The notes under the pieces were generated by a model. The model was not told the DNA's origin. It saw only the letters and a list, made by a program, of their open reading frames with translations, and did no database searches. The translations under genes were made by a program, and so were the position numbers. From positions 1,184,884 through 1,248,883 of the forward strand of contig CAVSAP010000006.1 in assembly GCA_963726055.1 (NCBI GenBank): DNA of 64,000 bases. The letters are read 5' to 3'. Numbering within the stretch: the first letter of the stretch is position 1; every line of letters begins with the position of its first letter. This document shows, in pieces, positions 9,265-20,817 of the stretch. This stretch comes from an uncultured Chloroflexia bacterium (GTDB taxonomy: Bacteria; Chloroflexota; Limnocylindria; Limnocylindrales; CSP1-4).

Positions 9265-12255
9265 GTGCCGGAGCGCGATACGCAATCATTGCCCCCGCCG
9301 ACCCAGGTGCCGCGCCGTCGGACGGAAGGCACCTCCGACGTCGTCTTCGAGCAAGCCTCAGACGCGATCGTCGTCACCGATGCCGACGTGGTCGTCACCG
9401 GCTGGAATCCGGCGGCCGAGCAGATCTACGGCATCACGGCCACCCTGGCGACGGGCCGGCTCCTCGACAGCCTCCTGGATGCGCGAACGATGGATGGCGC
9501 GAACGTCGCCGATACCCTGACGAACGCCATCCGCCGAAACGGTCGTTGGCGAGGACGGATCGTCCAGCGTCCCCTCGTTGGGACGTGTCTCGGCGACGAG
9601 ATCATCGCGGAGACCGTGATCTCCGCCCTGCGCGCCCCGGACGGACGCTACGACGGCGCGATCAGCTTCAACCGCGACGTGACCGCGACCGCATTGCTCG
9701 AGGCCGAGCTCACGACCCTGGGCTCACTGGCGGTCACGACCGGCCGGGCGCGATCACGCGCCGAGATCGCGGATGCGGCGCTCGCGGTCCTGGGTCGAAC
9801 GACCCGAGCCGATGCCGGACTGATCCTGTCGCTCGACGAGATGTACGAGGTCACCGGGCACCGGGGGCTGTCCGAGACAACCATCGATCGCATTCGCGGC
9901 TACGGCGAGATCGGCGAACGGCTGAAGCGGGCCCTCGAGCCGCTCGATGCCTCGTTCTCGATGCCGCTCGAGAACACGCCGATCAGGAAAGCCCTCCAGA
10001 CCGCTCTTCGCGCTGAGGGTCTGACCCACGTGGCGTTCGCCGGGATGCGGGCCAGTGGCCGGCTGGTCGGGCTGCTCGGGCTCGGCTGGCGCACCGAGAG
10101 GCTCACCAACCCGTCGGATGCGGGGCTTCTCCAGGCCGCGACCCTCGTCGCGAGCGCCCTCGAGAACGCACGGCTGCTCACGCGGGTCGAGCGCGGCCTC
10201 GACCTCGAGCGGAGCCTCACGGTCCGCCTCCAGACACTCGTCGAGCTGACCCGCCTGTCGGTCGACGCCTGGGACCAGTCCACAGTCGCCCGGGATCTCC
10301 TCGAGCGGATCGTGTCGGACCTCGGAGCCGCGGCTGGGTCGGTGGTCCAGATCGAGGACGACCGGCTGCGCACCCTCGCAACGCTCGACATGGACCCTGG
10401 ACTCGAACCGTCCGACGAGGATCAAACGGCTCCCGAATGGGGCTTCTATCGGCGGTTCCATGACGGCGCGCCAGCCTACGTCGAGCCCGTCGCGGAGGGC
10501 GCAGTCCCGTCGGCCGTGCTCGAAGTCGCCCGGGCAGCCGGCTACCACGCCTACGCCGCTTTCCCGATCCGCGATGGCGAGCGGCTTGTGGCCGTCGTTC
10601 TCGCCGTCTTTCGCCAGAACGTCGACGAGCTCCCGATTGACGAGCGAACGCTCGAGGCGATCGGCCGCGTCCTGGACATCTCGTTCGCCAATCAGCGCCT
10701 GCGCGGCACCGCGCTCGCCTCCGAAGATCGATATCGAACCGTGTTCGAGCACGCCCCCGATGCGCTCCTCGTCGAGACATTCGACCACGTGGTCGTCGAC
10801 GCAAATCCGGCGGCGTACGAGCTGTTCGGCGAAGAGCTCGCCGGTGTCCACCTCGCGCGGCTCGCCGACATCGGCGAAGCGGAGCTCGCCGAGCAGAGCC
10901 GGCTCGTTGCGGCCGAAGGGACGGCGACCTGGGCCGGTGTCGGCCGGCGGCTCAACGGGTCGACGTTCCTGGTGGAGCTCGAGGCCACCCGGATCCAGAT
11001 CGAGGGCGAGGATCGGATTCTCGCCCTCGTCCGCGACACGACCGAGCGCGACCAGTTCCAGCAGGAGCTGCTCCAGGCCCAGAAGATGGAGGCGATCGGC
11101 CTCCTCGTCGCGGGCGTTGCCCACGAACTCAACAACCCGCTCGCTTCGATCGTCGCGTTCAGCCAGCTCATCCGGACCGATCCGCAATTGCCGGAGGAGC
11201 TCCACCACCAGGCCGACCTGCTCATCCAGGAGGCCAATCGGACTCGCCGGATCGTCCAGAATCTCCTGGACTTCGCGCGCCAGCGACCGCCGGAACGCGT
11301 GCCGACGTCGATCCGGGAACTCGTCGAGGGCGTCCTCGCTCTCCAGTCGTACACGTTCGGCCCGAGCCGGATCGAGGCGACGCTCGAGATCCCCGCGGAC
11401 CTGCCCGACGTCTCGATCGATCGGGCCCAGATCCAGCAGGTCCTCATCAACCTGACCCTCAACGCGGCGCAGGCGATCCAGAAGGGCGGCGCGCGGGGAT
11501 CGATCGTGATCCGGACCGAGCGCGTTGTTCGCGCGGACGGCGAACCGGTTGTCCGCCTGTCGGTGACCGACGACGGCCCGGGCATCCCGGAGGGCCTGCG
11601 CTCGCGCCTGTTCGTCCCGTTCTTCACGACAAAGGCGCCCGGCCAGGGGACGGGCCTCGGGCTGTCCGTCTCCTTCGGAATCGTGGCCGGCCATGGCGGG
11701 ACCCTTCGCTATGCCCCCGGTCCTGGCGGCGTCGGTTCGTCGTTCATCCTGGAGCTGCCGATCGAGCCGAACACGGTCCCCCCCGAGAGCGCCGCCTCCG
11801 CACCGCAGGCCTCCGTCGGCAAGGGTCGAACAAACGGGCGGCGAGATCGCCGCGCGGATGCTGCAGCGGAGCCGGTGCGGACCGGGCCCTGGCGAGTCCT
11901 CGTCCTCGACGACGAGCCCGCCATCCGCGAATTCCTGTCAAGGATCCTTCGGCGCGGCGGCCACGAGCCGGTCCTCGCATCGGATGGTCGAACGGCCCTC
12001 GAGATCGTCAAGAACGATCCACCGGACGCGATCCTGTGCGACCACCGGATGGCCGGCATGAGCGGCACAGACTTCCACGTCGCCGTGGCCGCCATCAATC
12101 CGCAGCTCGCCCGCCGCTTCGTGTTCATGAGCGGGGACGTGCTCAACCCGGAGTTGAGCGACTTCGCGGTCGCGCGCGGCATCACGCTGCTTGCGAAGCC
12201 GTTCGACATCGAGAGCGTTGATCGCACCGTCGCCCGGATCCTGACCCGAGCCTGA
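9265..12255 (+). CDS. Hybrid sensor histidine kinase (PAS-GAF-GAF-PAS-HisKA-HATPase-REC)
   Basis: AGVAHELNNPL H-box, NAAQA, DDGPG, FFTTK, GTGLGL; C-terminal VLVLDDE..CDHRM..KPF receiver. Confidence 0.92.
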   Translation: MPERDTQSLPPPTQVPRRRTEGTSDVVFEQASDAIVVTDADVVVTGWNPAAEQIYGITATLATGRLLDSLLDARTMDGANVADTLTNAIRRNGRWRGRIVQRPLVGTCLGDEIIAETVISALRAPDGRYDGAISFNRDVTATALLEAELTTLGSLAVTTGRARSRAEIADAALAVLGRTTRADAGLILSLDEMYEVTGHRGLSETTIDRIRGYGEIGERLKRALEPLDASFSMPLENTPIRKALQTALRAEGLTHVAFAGMRASGRLVGLLGLGWRTERLTNPSDAGLLQAATLVASALENARLLTRVERGLDLERSLTVRLQTLVELTRLSVDAWDQSTVARDLLERIVSDLGAAAGSVVQIEDDRLRTLATLDMDPGLEPSDEDQTAPEWGFYRRFHDGAPAYVEPVAEGAVPSAVLEVARAAGYHAYAAFPIRDGERLVAVVLAVFRQNVDELPIDERTLEAIGRVLDISFANQRLRGTALASEDRYRTVFEHAPDALLVETFDHVVVDANPAAYELFGEELAGVHLARLADIGEAELAEQSRLVAAEGTATWAGVGRRLNGSTFLVELEATRIQIEGEDRILALVRDTTERDQFQQELLQAQKMEAIGLLVAGVAHELNNPLASIVAFSQLIRTDPQLPEELHHQADLLIQEANRTRRIVQNLLDFARQRPPERVPTSIRELVEGVLALQSYTFGPSRIEATLEIPADLPDVSIDRAQIQQVLINLTLNAAQAIQKGGARGSIVIRTERVVRADGEPVVRLSVTDDGPGIPEGLRSRLFVPFFTTKAPGQGTGLGLSVSFGIVAGHGGTLRYAPGPGGVGSSFILELPIEPNTVPPESAASAPQASVGKGRTNGRRDRRADAAAEPVRTGPWRVLVLDDEPAIREFLSRILRRGGHEPVLASDGRTALEIVKNDPPDAILCDHRMAGMSGTDFHVAVAAINPQLARRFVFMSGDVLNPELSDFAVARGITLLAKPFDIESVDRTVARILTRA

Positions 12256-12276
12256 GTCACGCGGAGAGGCCGCCGG

Positions 12277-13149
12277 CTACGAGCGCCCGGCGCTTCCGTA
12301 GAGGTGGAACCCACGGCCCGTCTTCTGGCCGAGATGACCCGCCTCGACCAGGTCGATGAGGATCTGCGGCGGCCGGAACTGCTCGCCGCCGAGGCCGTCA
12401 TGGAGGACCTCCATGATCCCCTTGCAGACGTCGAGCCCGATGAAGTCGGCGAGTGCGAGCGGACCCATCGGATGGTTCAGACCGATCTTCGCGCCCGCAT
12501 CGATGTCCGCGGCGCTGGCGATGCCTTCCTCGAGGGCCCGCATCGCCTCGGCCAGGAACGGCACGAGCATCCGGTTCACGATGAAACCCGGCCGATCGGC
12601 CGACACGATGACCTCCTTGCCGAGGTCCGCCGACAGGGCGCGGATCGTCTCCGCCGTCTCGTCGGATGTGGCCACTCCGCGGACGAGCTCGACGAGGGGC
12701 ATGACCGGAACCGGGCTGAAGAAGTGCATCCCGACGAACGCCGCCCGCCGGTCCGGGCTCACCGCCGCGGCCAGCTTGTCGATCGAGATCGAACTGGTGT
12801 TGGACGCAAAGATCGCGCCGGCCGGGGCCAGCTCGTCGATCTGACCCCAGAGCCGCTGCTTGATGGCCAGGTCCTCGAAGATCGCCTCGATCACGAGGTC
12901 GGCGCCGGCGGCCAGGCTCGCGTCGTCTGTTGCCTCGATCCTGGCGAGCGTCGCATCGCGGTCCTCGGCCGCGAGCTTCCCCTTCCCGACCGCCCGGTCC
13001 AGGTTGCCGGCGATCCGCTCGCGACCGGCGACCGCGCGGGCCAGGTCCGGCTCATAGAGGACCACGCGCTTGCCGATTGCGGCGTGGACCTGGGCGATCC
13101 CGTGGCCCATGAGCCCGGCACCAGCAACGAAGACAGCGTCGATCGACAT
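12277..13149 (-). CDS. hbd: 3-hydroxybutyryl-CoA / 3-hydroxyacyl-CoA dehydrogenase
   Basis: GAGLMGHGIA, ASNTSSI, GMHFFSP, GFIVNR, HPMGPL. Confidence 0.9.
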   Translation of the reverse strand: MSIDAVFVAGAGLMGHGIAQVHAAIGKRVVLYEPDLARAVAGRERIAGNLDRAVGKGKLAAEDRDATLARIEATDDASLAAGADLVIEAIFEDLAIKQRLWGQIDELAPAGAIFASNTSSISIDKLAAAVSPDRRAAFVGMHFFSPVPVMPLVELVRGVATSDETAETIRALSADLGKEVIVSADRPGFIVNRMLVPFLAEAMRALEEGIASAADIDAGAKIGLNHPMGPLALADFIGLDVCKGIMEVLHDGLGGEQFRPPQILIDLVEAGHLGQKTGRGFHLYGSAGRS

Positions 13150-13160
13150 CGCGGGAGAGA

Positions 13161-14378
13161 CTACCCGCTCGGGGCCGGCAGCGGGCGCTCGAGACTCTCG
13201 CGCCGGACAAAGAGGAGGACGGCGGCGACTACGGCCAGGACGGACGAGACGAGGAACGTCGCGCCGTAGCCGCTTGCCTCCGCGACGAATCCGAGGGCGA
13301 CCGGAGCGAACCCGAAGACGACGTCAAGGAAGACCGTCGCCGTTCCGACCACGGTGCCACGCTCGGTCGGCGGGACGCGGGAAACGGCGAGGGACAGGAG
13401 GGCCGGCATGATGAAGGCAACGCCGGTCGCGAAGATGATCGTGCCCGCGAGCAGCCCGGCCGGCGTGGCGACCAGGCCGATGACGGCCAGGCCGACCGCC
13501 GACACCGCAAGCGCGGCGCCGGACAGGCGAGCCGCGCCGAACCGATCCGGCCAGGTTGCGCCGATGATTCGCAGACCCACCACGACGAGCGCGTAGGCCG
13601 TCAGCGGCAGCCCGGCGCCCGCCATCCCGACACTCGGCGTGTACAGCGGCAGGTACGTCAGGAACCCGGCCATCCCCCACAGCCCGAACAGGATGACGAC
13701 CCCCGGGAAGATCCCCGCCGGGTGGATCAGGCGGCCACGAGGTTGACGTTCCAATCCTGCCCGCGCGGCCGCCACCGACGGGGCCGACTCCGGGATGAGC
13801 ATCGATAGGACGACGGCGACGCCCGTCACGCCGGCCGCCGCAAGCCAGACCGCGTTGTACGAACTGGCCGCAAAGAGGAGTTCGCCGATCGGCGGCCCGA
13901 TCGCGACCCCGAGGTAGAGAGACAGCGACAGGAAGCTGATCGCCTCGCCCCGGCGCGCCTCAGGGGCGATGTCGCTCGCTGCCGCCAGGGCCGCGACGAA
14001 GAAGAAGCCCTCGCCTGCGCCGAGCAGGCAGCGAGCCGCAATGAACACGCCGAGATCAGTTGCCAGCAGGTGGAGTGCCAGCGCCGCGACGGTGATGAGC
14101 GAGCCGCCGATCAGGAGCGGCCGCCGTCCAAATCTGTCGCTCGACCATCCCACGATCGGGCGGAGCAGGAGCGACGCCACGCTGAACGATCCGATCGCGA
14201 TTCCGAACCCCAGGGCGTCGGCGCCGAGCGCCAGCTTCGCGAACCGCGGCGCGATCGGCAGGACGAGTCCCGCCCCGATGAAGAACGCGAGCGCCGCCGC
14301 AGCGAGGGCGACGAATGCGGGCGTGACGAGCCGCGGAGTGACGGCCGCGGAGTCGGCCGCCCCGCGATCGACGGTCAT
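13161..14378 (-). CDS. MFS transporter
   Basis: GWSSDRFGRR motif A, about 12 TM segments; ATG 14378 overlaps the meaB stop. Confidence 0.9.
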   Translation of the reverse strand: MTVDRGAADSAAVTPRLVTPAFVALAAAALAFFIGAGLVLPIAPRFAKLALGADALGFGIAIGSFSVASLLLRPIVGWSSDRFGRRPLLIGGSLITVAALALHLLATDLGVFIAARCLLGAGEGFFFVAALAAASDIAPEARRGEAISFLSLSLYLGVAIGPPIGELLFAASSYNAVWLAAAGVTGVAVVLSMLIPESAPSVAAARAGLERQPRGRLIHPAGIFPGVVILFGLWGMAGFLTYLPLYTPSVGMAGAGLPLTAYALVVVGLRIIGATWPDRFGAARLSGAALAVSAVGLAVIGLVATPAGLLAGTIIFATGVAFIMPALLSLAVSRVPPTERGTVVGTATVFLDVVFGFAPVALGFVAEASGYGATFLVSSVLAVVAAVLLFVRRESLERPLPAPSG

Positions 14379-15380
14379 GCGCCGCGGAGCAGCGGGTCGA
14401 GGAGCCTGTCCGCGGCCGCGTACGGATCGAGTCGATGGTCGGCGACAGCGTCGAGGACCGCCCGCGTCTCGTCTGCGCGAGCGGGCACCCGCAGCGCATC
14501 CCCGAGCCGGTCGGCGAGGATCGCCCATACCTGCGCCTCGGCGCGTGCCAGACGGGCTGCATCCGACACGCCCTCGCGGCCTGCCGCCCGATGGCGATCG
14601 AGCGCGGCGAGGAGCTCCGGCACGCCGTCTCCGGTCGCCGCCGTCGTGATCAGGACTTCGGGCCGCTTCGGCCGCGGCCGGTCCGGATCGACCTCGCCCC
14701 GACGCGGTCCGGGCGCCGCCGCGACGAGCATTGCCCGCAGCTGGGACGCGGTGCGCTGGGCACCCGGCTTGTCGCCCTTGTTGACGACGACGAGATCCGC
14801 AACCTCGAGGAGTCCCGGCCTTGATCGCCTGGATCTCGTCGCCCATCTCCGGGGCCTCGAGGACGACCGTCGTGTCGGCTGAGGCCGCCACCTCGACTTC
14901 ACTCTGGCCGGTGCCGACCGTCTCGACGAGCACCAGGTCGAAGCCCGCCGCGTCGAGGACTGCGGCGGCGGCCACGCTCGTCGAGGCGAGGCCGCCGGCG
15001 TGGCCGCGCGACGCCATCGAGCGGATGAACACGTCGTCGTCGCTCGCGTAGGCCTGCATCCGGACCCGGTCTCCGAGCAGCGCACCACCGGTGATCGGCG
15101 ACGACGGGTCAACCGCGATGACGGCCACGGACCGCCCGGCCCGGCGGACCTCGCCGATGAGCGCCGCCACCAGCGTCGACTTCCCGGACCCCGGTGCCCC
15201 GGTGATCCCGACGAGATGGGCTCGCCCGGCCAGCGGGTAGAGCCGGCGCATCGCGGACTCGGCGATCGGCGTCCGGTTCTCGACCGCCGTCAACAACCGG
15301 GCGAGGGCTCGCCGGTCCCCGGCGAGCGCCGCATCTGACAGCGCCTCCGCCGAGGAATCCGCCTCTGGCCGCTCCCCCAC
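14375..15380 (-). CDS. meaB: Acyl-CoA mutase-associated GTPase MeaB (one +1 frameshift near 14815)
   Basis: GITGAPGSGKST, VDPSSP.TGGALLGDRVRM, ETVGTGQSE, NKGD. Confidence 0.92.
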
Positions 15381-15381
15381 C

Positions 15382-15786
15382 CTAGTCGTGGCTGCGGGCG
15401 TTCGCCCGGAGATACTGGGCAACCTCGGCGATCGTCGTCCCGGGCCCGAAGACGCGTGCCACGCCCGCCTTCCGGAGCGCCTCGATGTCGACGTCCGGGA
15501 TGATTCCGCCCGCCGTCACGAGGACGTCGTCGAGGCCCCGCTCGCGCATCAGGCTGGTGATTCGCGGGACGAGGGTCATATGCGCACCCGACAGGATCGA
15601 CAGGCCGACGACGTCGGCGTCCTCCTGGAGCGCCGCACTGACGACCATCTCCGGTGTCTGGCGAAGCCCCGTGTAGACGACCTCGAAGCCCTCGTCGCGG
15701 AGGCCGCGGGCGAGGACCTTCGCACCGCGGTCGTGCCCGTCGAGGCCCGGCTTGGCGATGAGCACCTTGATCGGTCGGTCGGTCAT
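15382..15786 (-). CDS. Cobalamin-binding small subunit of acyl-CoA mutase (IcmB/McmB type)
   Basis: [11 protein letters not shown]12 motif, [14 protein letters not shown]. Confidence 0.93.
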   Translation of the reverse strand: MTDRPIKVLIAKPGLDGHDRGAKVLARGLRDEGFEVVYTGLRQTPEMVVSAALQEDADVVGLSILSGAHMTLVPRITSLMRERGLDDVLVTAGGIIPDVDIEALRKAGVARVFGPGTTIAEVAQYLRANARSHD

Positions 15787-15853
15787 GCCGCCGATTGTAG
15801 GCTCGGTCGGTGGCGCGGGCGGCCGAAACGTGCTCTGCTGGAATCGCCAATTC

Positions 15854-15930
15854 CGAGATAGTTCCGACCAGACGAAACAATTCCGCCTGACTGGAACTAT
15901 CTCGAAAGCGGCCTGGAGGAACGTTCCTCC
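15854..15930. repeat. Intergenic palindromes
   Basis: Perfect 12-bp IR CGAGATAGTTCC (15854-15865) / GGAACTATCTCG (15893-15904); perfect palindrome GGAGGAACGTTCCTCC (15915-15930). Confidence 0.7.
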
Positions 15931-15941
15931 GCTCAGGTTCC

Positions 15942-16700
15942 CTAGGCGTTTGCGCGGCTGAACGCACGCGACGCGATCCAGACCGCGAGGATCGCCCCGA
16001 TCGTCGTGATCGACCCACCGATCAGGATCTCGGGATTGCCCCAGTCGCCGTTGAACAGCGCTCTCGCGGCGTCGACCGCGTGGGTCAGCGGGTTGATCGA
16101 GGCGAGGAACTGCAGCCAGTCAGGAGCAAGAGCCATCGGCAGGAGGACTCCGGACAGGAGCAGAAGTGGAAGGGCGATCATCTGAACGAGTGGGGCCAGC
16201 GCGTCCTCGCTCTTCAGGATCAGGCCGGCCGTGTACGACAGCGGCGCCAGCAGCAGACCGAGCATCGCGAGCAGGCCCAGCATCACAGCGACGCCGACGG
16301 GGTCGATCGACAGGCCGAATGGGATCGCGATGAGCATCATCAACGTCGCCTGGCACACCAGGATGACGACGTCACGGAGCGATCGGCCGAGGAGCATCGC
16401 GAACCGGCTCATCGGCGTCACCCGCATTCGTTCGACGACGCCCGCGCGGAGTTCGGCGATCAAGCCGAAGCCGGCAAACGCGCTGGCGAAGATCGCGGTC
16501 TGGATGAGGAGGCCGGGGATGAACCAGTTGAAGGCGCTCGTGCCCGTCCCGGCTGCCGTAGTCGACGCCTCGAGCAGTGGGCCGAGCAGCACGAGATAGA
16601 GGATCGGTTGGATCATCCCCATGATGAGCCAGGCCGGTGATCGAAACGTCAGGCGCATCGAGCGCTGGAAGATCAGCCAGGTGTCGCGGAAGACGGTCAT
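15942..16700 (-). CDS. ABC-2 transporter permease (DrrB-like)
   Basis: [21 protein letters not shown]; six TM segments. Confidence 0.9.
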   Translation of the reverse strand: MTVFRDTWLIFQRSMRLTFRSPAWLIMGMIQPILYLVLLGPLLEASTTAAGTGTSAFNWFIPGLLIQTAIFASAFAGFGLIAELRAGVVERMRVTPMSRFAMLLGRSLRDVVILVCQATLMMLIAIPFGLSIDPVGVAVMLGLLAMLGLLLAPLSYTAGLILKSEDALAPLVQMIALPLLLLSGVLLPMALAPDWLQFLASINPLTHAVDAARALFNGDWGNPEILIGGSITTIGAILAVWIASRAFSRANA

Positions 16701-16746
16701 CGGAATCGATCCTTTCGTCGAGTTCAGGGTTTCGGGAGCGTGCCGC

Positions 16747-17730
16747 TCAGGCGGCCGGCTCCTCACGCAGCGAGCGCCCGGTCTGGCGAAGGAAAACATC
16801 GTCGAGGCTTGGCTTGTTGAGCGTGATCGAGGTCGGCGCGAGGCCGGCGCCGTCGAGCATGCGCAGGAGCTGGGGCACGGCCAGCTCGCCGCGATCGACA
16901 TACAACCGGACGACGTCATCGGTCTCGTCGTGCGACGCCTCGCGGACGAACGACACATTCTCCAGGAGCCCGAGGACCCGCGCGCCACCGCCGTCGACGG
17001 CGATCGTCACGACGTCGCCGGCGACTCTCTGCTTCAGCTCGTCGGCCGTGCCCGCCGCCACGATCTCGCCGTGGTCGATGATGGCGAGCCGGTCGGCGAG
17101 GGCATCCGCCTCCTCGAGGTAGTGCGTCGTCATGAACACGGTCGTCCCGTCTGCGCGCAGCCTCCGGATCTCGTCCCACAGCCGGGCCCGCGCCTGCGGG
17201 TCGAGGCCGGTGGTCGGCTCGTCGAGGAACAGGACCTGCGGGCGATGGACGATGCCCAGCCCGACGTCGAGGCGCCGCTTCATACCGCCCGAGTACGTGC
17301 CCGTCCCGCGATCCGCGGAGGCCGTCAGGTCGAGCATCTCGAGCACCTCGGCCGCCCGCGTCACCGCGTCCGACTTCGACATCCCGTAGAGGCGGCCCTG
17401 GATGACGAGCTCGCCGCGGCCCGTCTCGCCGGGATCCGCCGAACCCCCCTGTGGGACGTAGCCGATCCGGCGGCGGACCTCCTGGGGCTGCTTGCGGAGA
17501 TCGACACCGGCGATGGTGGCCTCGCCCGATGTCGGCACCAGGAGCGTCGCCAGCATGCGAAGGGTCGTGGTCTTGCCGGCGCCGTTCGGGCCGAGGAAGC
17601 CGAAGATCTCGCCCCGGCCCACACGAAGGTCGACGCCGTTGACCGCATCCACGGTCCCGCCCCGGGTCTTGAACGTGCGACGCAAGTCGTGCGTCTCGAT
17701 CATGGTGCCGATCGGTGTGGGCGCTGTCAT
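16747..17730 (-). CDS. ABC transporter ATP-binding protein (DrrA-like)
   Basis: GPNGAGKTT, YSGGM, LDEPT, PSLDDVFL. Confidence 0.93.
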   Translation of the reverse strand: MTAPTPIGTMIETHDLRRTFKTRGGTVDAVNGVDLRVGRGEIFGFLGPNGAGKTTTLRMLATLLVPTSGEATIAGVDLRKQPQEVRRRIGYVPQGGSADPGETGRGELVIQGRLYGMSKSDAVTRAAEVLEMLDLTASADRGTGTYSGGMKRRLDVGLGIVHRPQVLFLDEPTTGLDPQARARLWDEIRRLRADGTTVFMTTHYLEEADALADRLAIIDHGEIVAAGTADELKQRVAGDVVTIAVDGGGARVLGLLENVSFVREASHDETDDVVRLYVDRGELAVPQLLRMLDGAGLAPTSITLNKPSLDDVFLRQTGRSLREEPAA

Positions 17731-17801
17731 CGATCTTCTCCTTTGTCGGTTGCCCTATGCTGTCGAGAGCGCTCCTTGCACTGTTCAACAACATCGGTCA
17801 T

Positions 17802-17820
17802 TATCTGACCCGTGCAGATA
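17802..17820. promoter_or_regulatory. Candidate MarR operator
   Basis: TATCTG-N7-CAGATA between divergent ABC and MarR genes. Confidence 0.6.
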
Positions 17821-17849
17821 TTCACCCAGACAGGGAGCAGTTGTCAACG

Positions 17850-18932
17850 ATGACCCGCGACAAGATCGATTCCGTTATCCGGTCGCTTCGCCGCGTCAAC
17901 CTCCAGGGATCGTTCTACGGCGCGACCGTGGCGATTCGCTTCGGGCTGTCGGAATCCGATATCGAGACGCTCGAGGCGCTCATCGACAGGGGTGCCACGA
18001 CCGCCGGCCACCTCTCGGAGCTCACGGGGCTGACAAGCGGCGCCGTCACCCGCGTTATCGACCGGCTCGAGCAGGCCGGGTACGTGCGCCGTGTCCCCGA
18101 CCCCGCCGACCGGCGGCGCGTCATCGTCGAGGTCGTCACCGACAAGATCGCGGCCGTCCAGGAGACCCTCAACCGCATCAGCACGGCGAGCGCCGAGGAG
18201 ATCGGTCGCTACTCGGAGGCGCAGCTCGAGCTCATCGACGACTTCCTGACGAAGATGGAGCAGATCACGAAGGAGGAGGCGGCGTCCCTGCGCGAGGATC
18301 CGACCTCGGCGGCCGGCGCCGGGGCGACCTCGGAACACTCCGCACCGCTCGGCGGCCTGACGAGCGCCAGGCTCTTCATCCGATCCGGGCTGTCGACTGT
18401 CCGAATCCAGGCCGGCCGCCAGGAAGCGGAGCTCTACCGGGCCGCGTTCGAAGGGGCCACGCCCCAGGTTCGACTCCGCGACGGTCGGGTCATCGTCCAG
18501 TACCGCGGCCTGCCGTTCGACTGGCGCCAGCGGAAGGCTACGTTCGGGCTCAACACGTCGATCCCGTGGACGATCGCGATCGTCGGCGGCGTGCAGCGGG
18601 TCGAAGCCGACCTCCGGGAGCTCGACACCAGGCGGTTCGAGCTGACCGGCACAACCGAGCGGATCCACCTCGAGTTAGGGACGCCACGCGGCCAGGTCGA
18701 GGTGCGGATTGTCGGGGGCGCCAGCACGATCCGGATCGAGCGTCCGGCGCGAGTTCCCTTGCGCCTGGCAGTGGTCGGCGGGTCCGGCCAGGTCGTGGTC
18801 GACGGGACCAAGTTCGGGGAGAAGGATGGCAGGGCGACTGGCGAAACACGCGGCTGGGGCGGCGCGAAGGATCGCTACGACATCGAGATCGTCGGAGCCT
18901 CGAAGATGATCGAAATCGTCGGTCGCCGCTGA
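17850..18932 (+). CDS. MarR regulator fused to a C-terminal beta-rich (LiaG/toast-rack-like) domain
   Basis: LSELTGLTSGAVTRVIDRLE..GYVRR..D..DRR wHTH, then about 200 aa of repeated GG(A/S) beta motifs; alternative TTG at 17841. Confidence 0.8.
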   Translation: MTRDKIDSVIRSLRRVNLQGSFYGATVAIRFGLSESDIETLEALIDRGATTAGHLSELTGLTSGAVTRVIDRLEQAGYVRRVPDPADRRRVIVEVVTDKIAAVQETLNRISTASAEEIGRYSEAQLELIDDFLTKMEQITKEEAASLREDPTSAAGAGATSEHSAPLGGLTSARLFIRSGLSTVRIQAGRQEAELYRAAFEGATPQVRLRDGRVIVQYRGLPFDWRQRKATFGLNTSIPWTIAIVGGVQRVEADLRELDTRRFELTGTTERIHLELGTPRGQVEVRIVGGASTIRIERPARVPLRLAVVGGSGQVVVDGTKFGEKDGRATGETRGWGGAKDRYDIEIVGASKMIEIVGRR

Positions 18933-18938
18933 CGGGCG

Positions 18939-19643
18939 CTACGCGCCCGGCGATGCGCGGTCGAGGTGGGCGAAGAACTCCGCTCGGGTCCGGTCGCGGG
19001 ACCGGAAGAGCCCCAGGACGGACGACGTCGTCATGATCGTCCCGGGCTTCCGGATGCCCCGCATGACCGCGCAGAGGTGAGTCGCCTCCATCACCACCCC
19101 GACCCCCTGGGGATCGAGGTGCGACTGGAGGAAGTCTGCGATCTGCTGGGTCAGCCGCTCCTGGACCTGGAGCCGCCGGGCATACATCTCGACGATCCGC
19201 GGGATCTTCGACAGGCCGATCACGCGTCCGCGAGGGATATACGCAACCGCCGCGGTCCCGAAGAACGGCAGCAGGTGATGCTCGCAGAGCGAGTAGAACG
19301 GGATGTCCTTCACAACGACCATCTCGCTGTAGCCGACCTCGAAGACCGCGCCGTTGATGAGACGGTCCGGATCGACGTGGTAGCCGGCGGTCAGCTCCGT
19401 GTACATCCGATGGACGCGCTCGGGCGTTCCGACGAGACCCTGGCGATCCGGATCGTCGCCGATCTCGACGAGGATCTCCCGAACCGCCGCCTCGACCCTG
19501 CCGTTGCCGGTTCCTCCATCGCGGGAAACCTCGCCCGCGATGTCGTCCGCTGCGAGATCCGTTTCGCCGATCTCGTTCTCGATCTCGTCGACGAGGCGGC
19601 GGACGCCAGCGGGAAGGTCGGTCGGGTTCGGCACGTGGGTCAC
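18939..19643 (-). CDS. folE: GTP cyclohydrolase I
   Basis: [37 protein letters not shown]; GGAG before GTG 19643. Confidence 0.95.
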   Translation of the reverse strand: MTHVPNPTDLPAGVRRLVDEIENEIGETDLAADDIAGEVSRDGGTGNGRVEAAVREILVEIGDDPDRQGLVGTPERVHRMYTELTAGYHVDPDRLINGAVFEVGYSEMVVVKDIPFYSLCEHHLLPFFGTAAVAYIPRGRVIGLSKIPRIVEMYARRLQVQERLTQQIADFLQSHLDPQGVGVVMEATHLCAVMRGIRKPGTIMTTSSVLGLFRSRDRTRAEFFAHLDRASPGA

Positions 19644-19716
19644 GATCTCCAGTACGAGCCGCGATGGTACGCCGGTTTGCCGGGAAGACGCGCCGCCGGC
19701 AGGGCCCGGTCGACGG

Positions 19717-20787
<1,071 letters not shown>

Positions 20788-20817
20788 GGACTCCTCCTCG
20801 CCGCCAAGCCTACCCGG

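Noticed and set aside
4311-15422. Apparent fusion ORFs 4311..6608 and 13161..15422 (MeaB-MFS)
   Set aside because: Artefacts of stop-poor GC-rich frames and the meaB insertion; real starts are 5837 and 14378.
15790-15940. Cobalamin riboswitch before the B12-binding subunit (also checked upstream of icmA)
   Set aside because: No B12-box or other conserved core recognised, and both genes appear leaderless.
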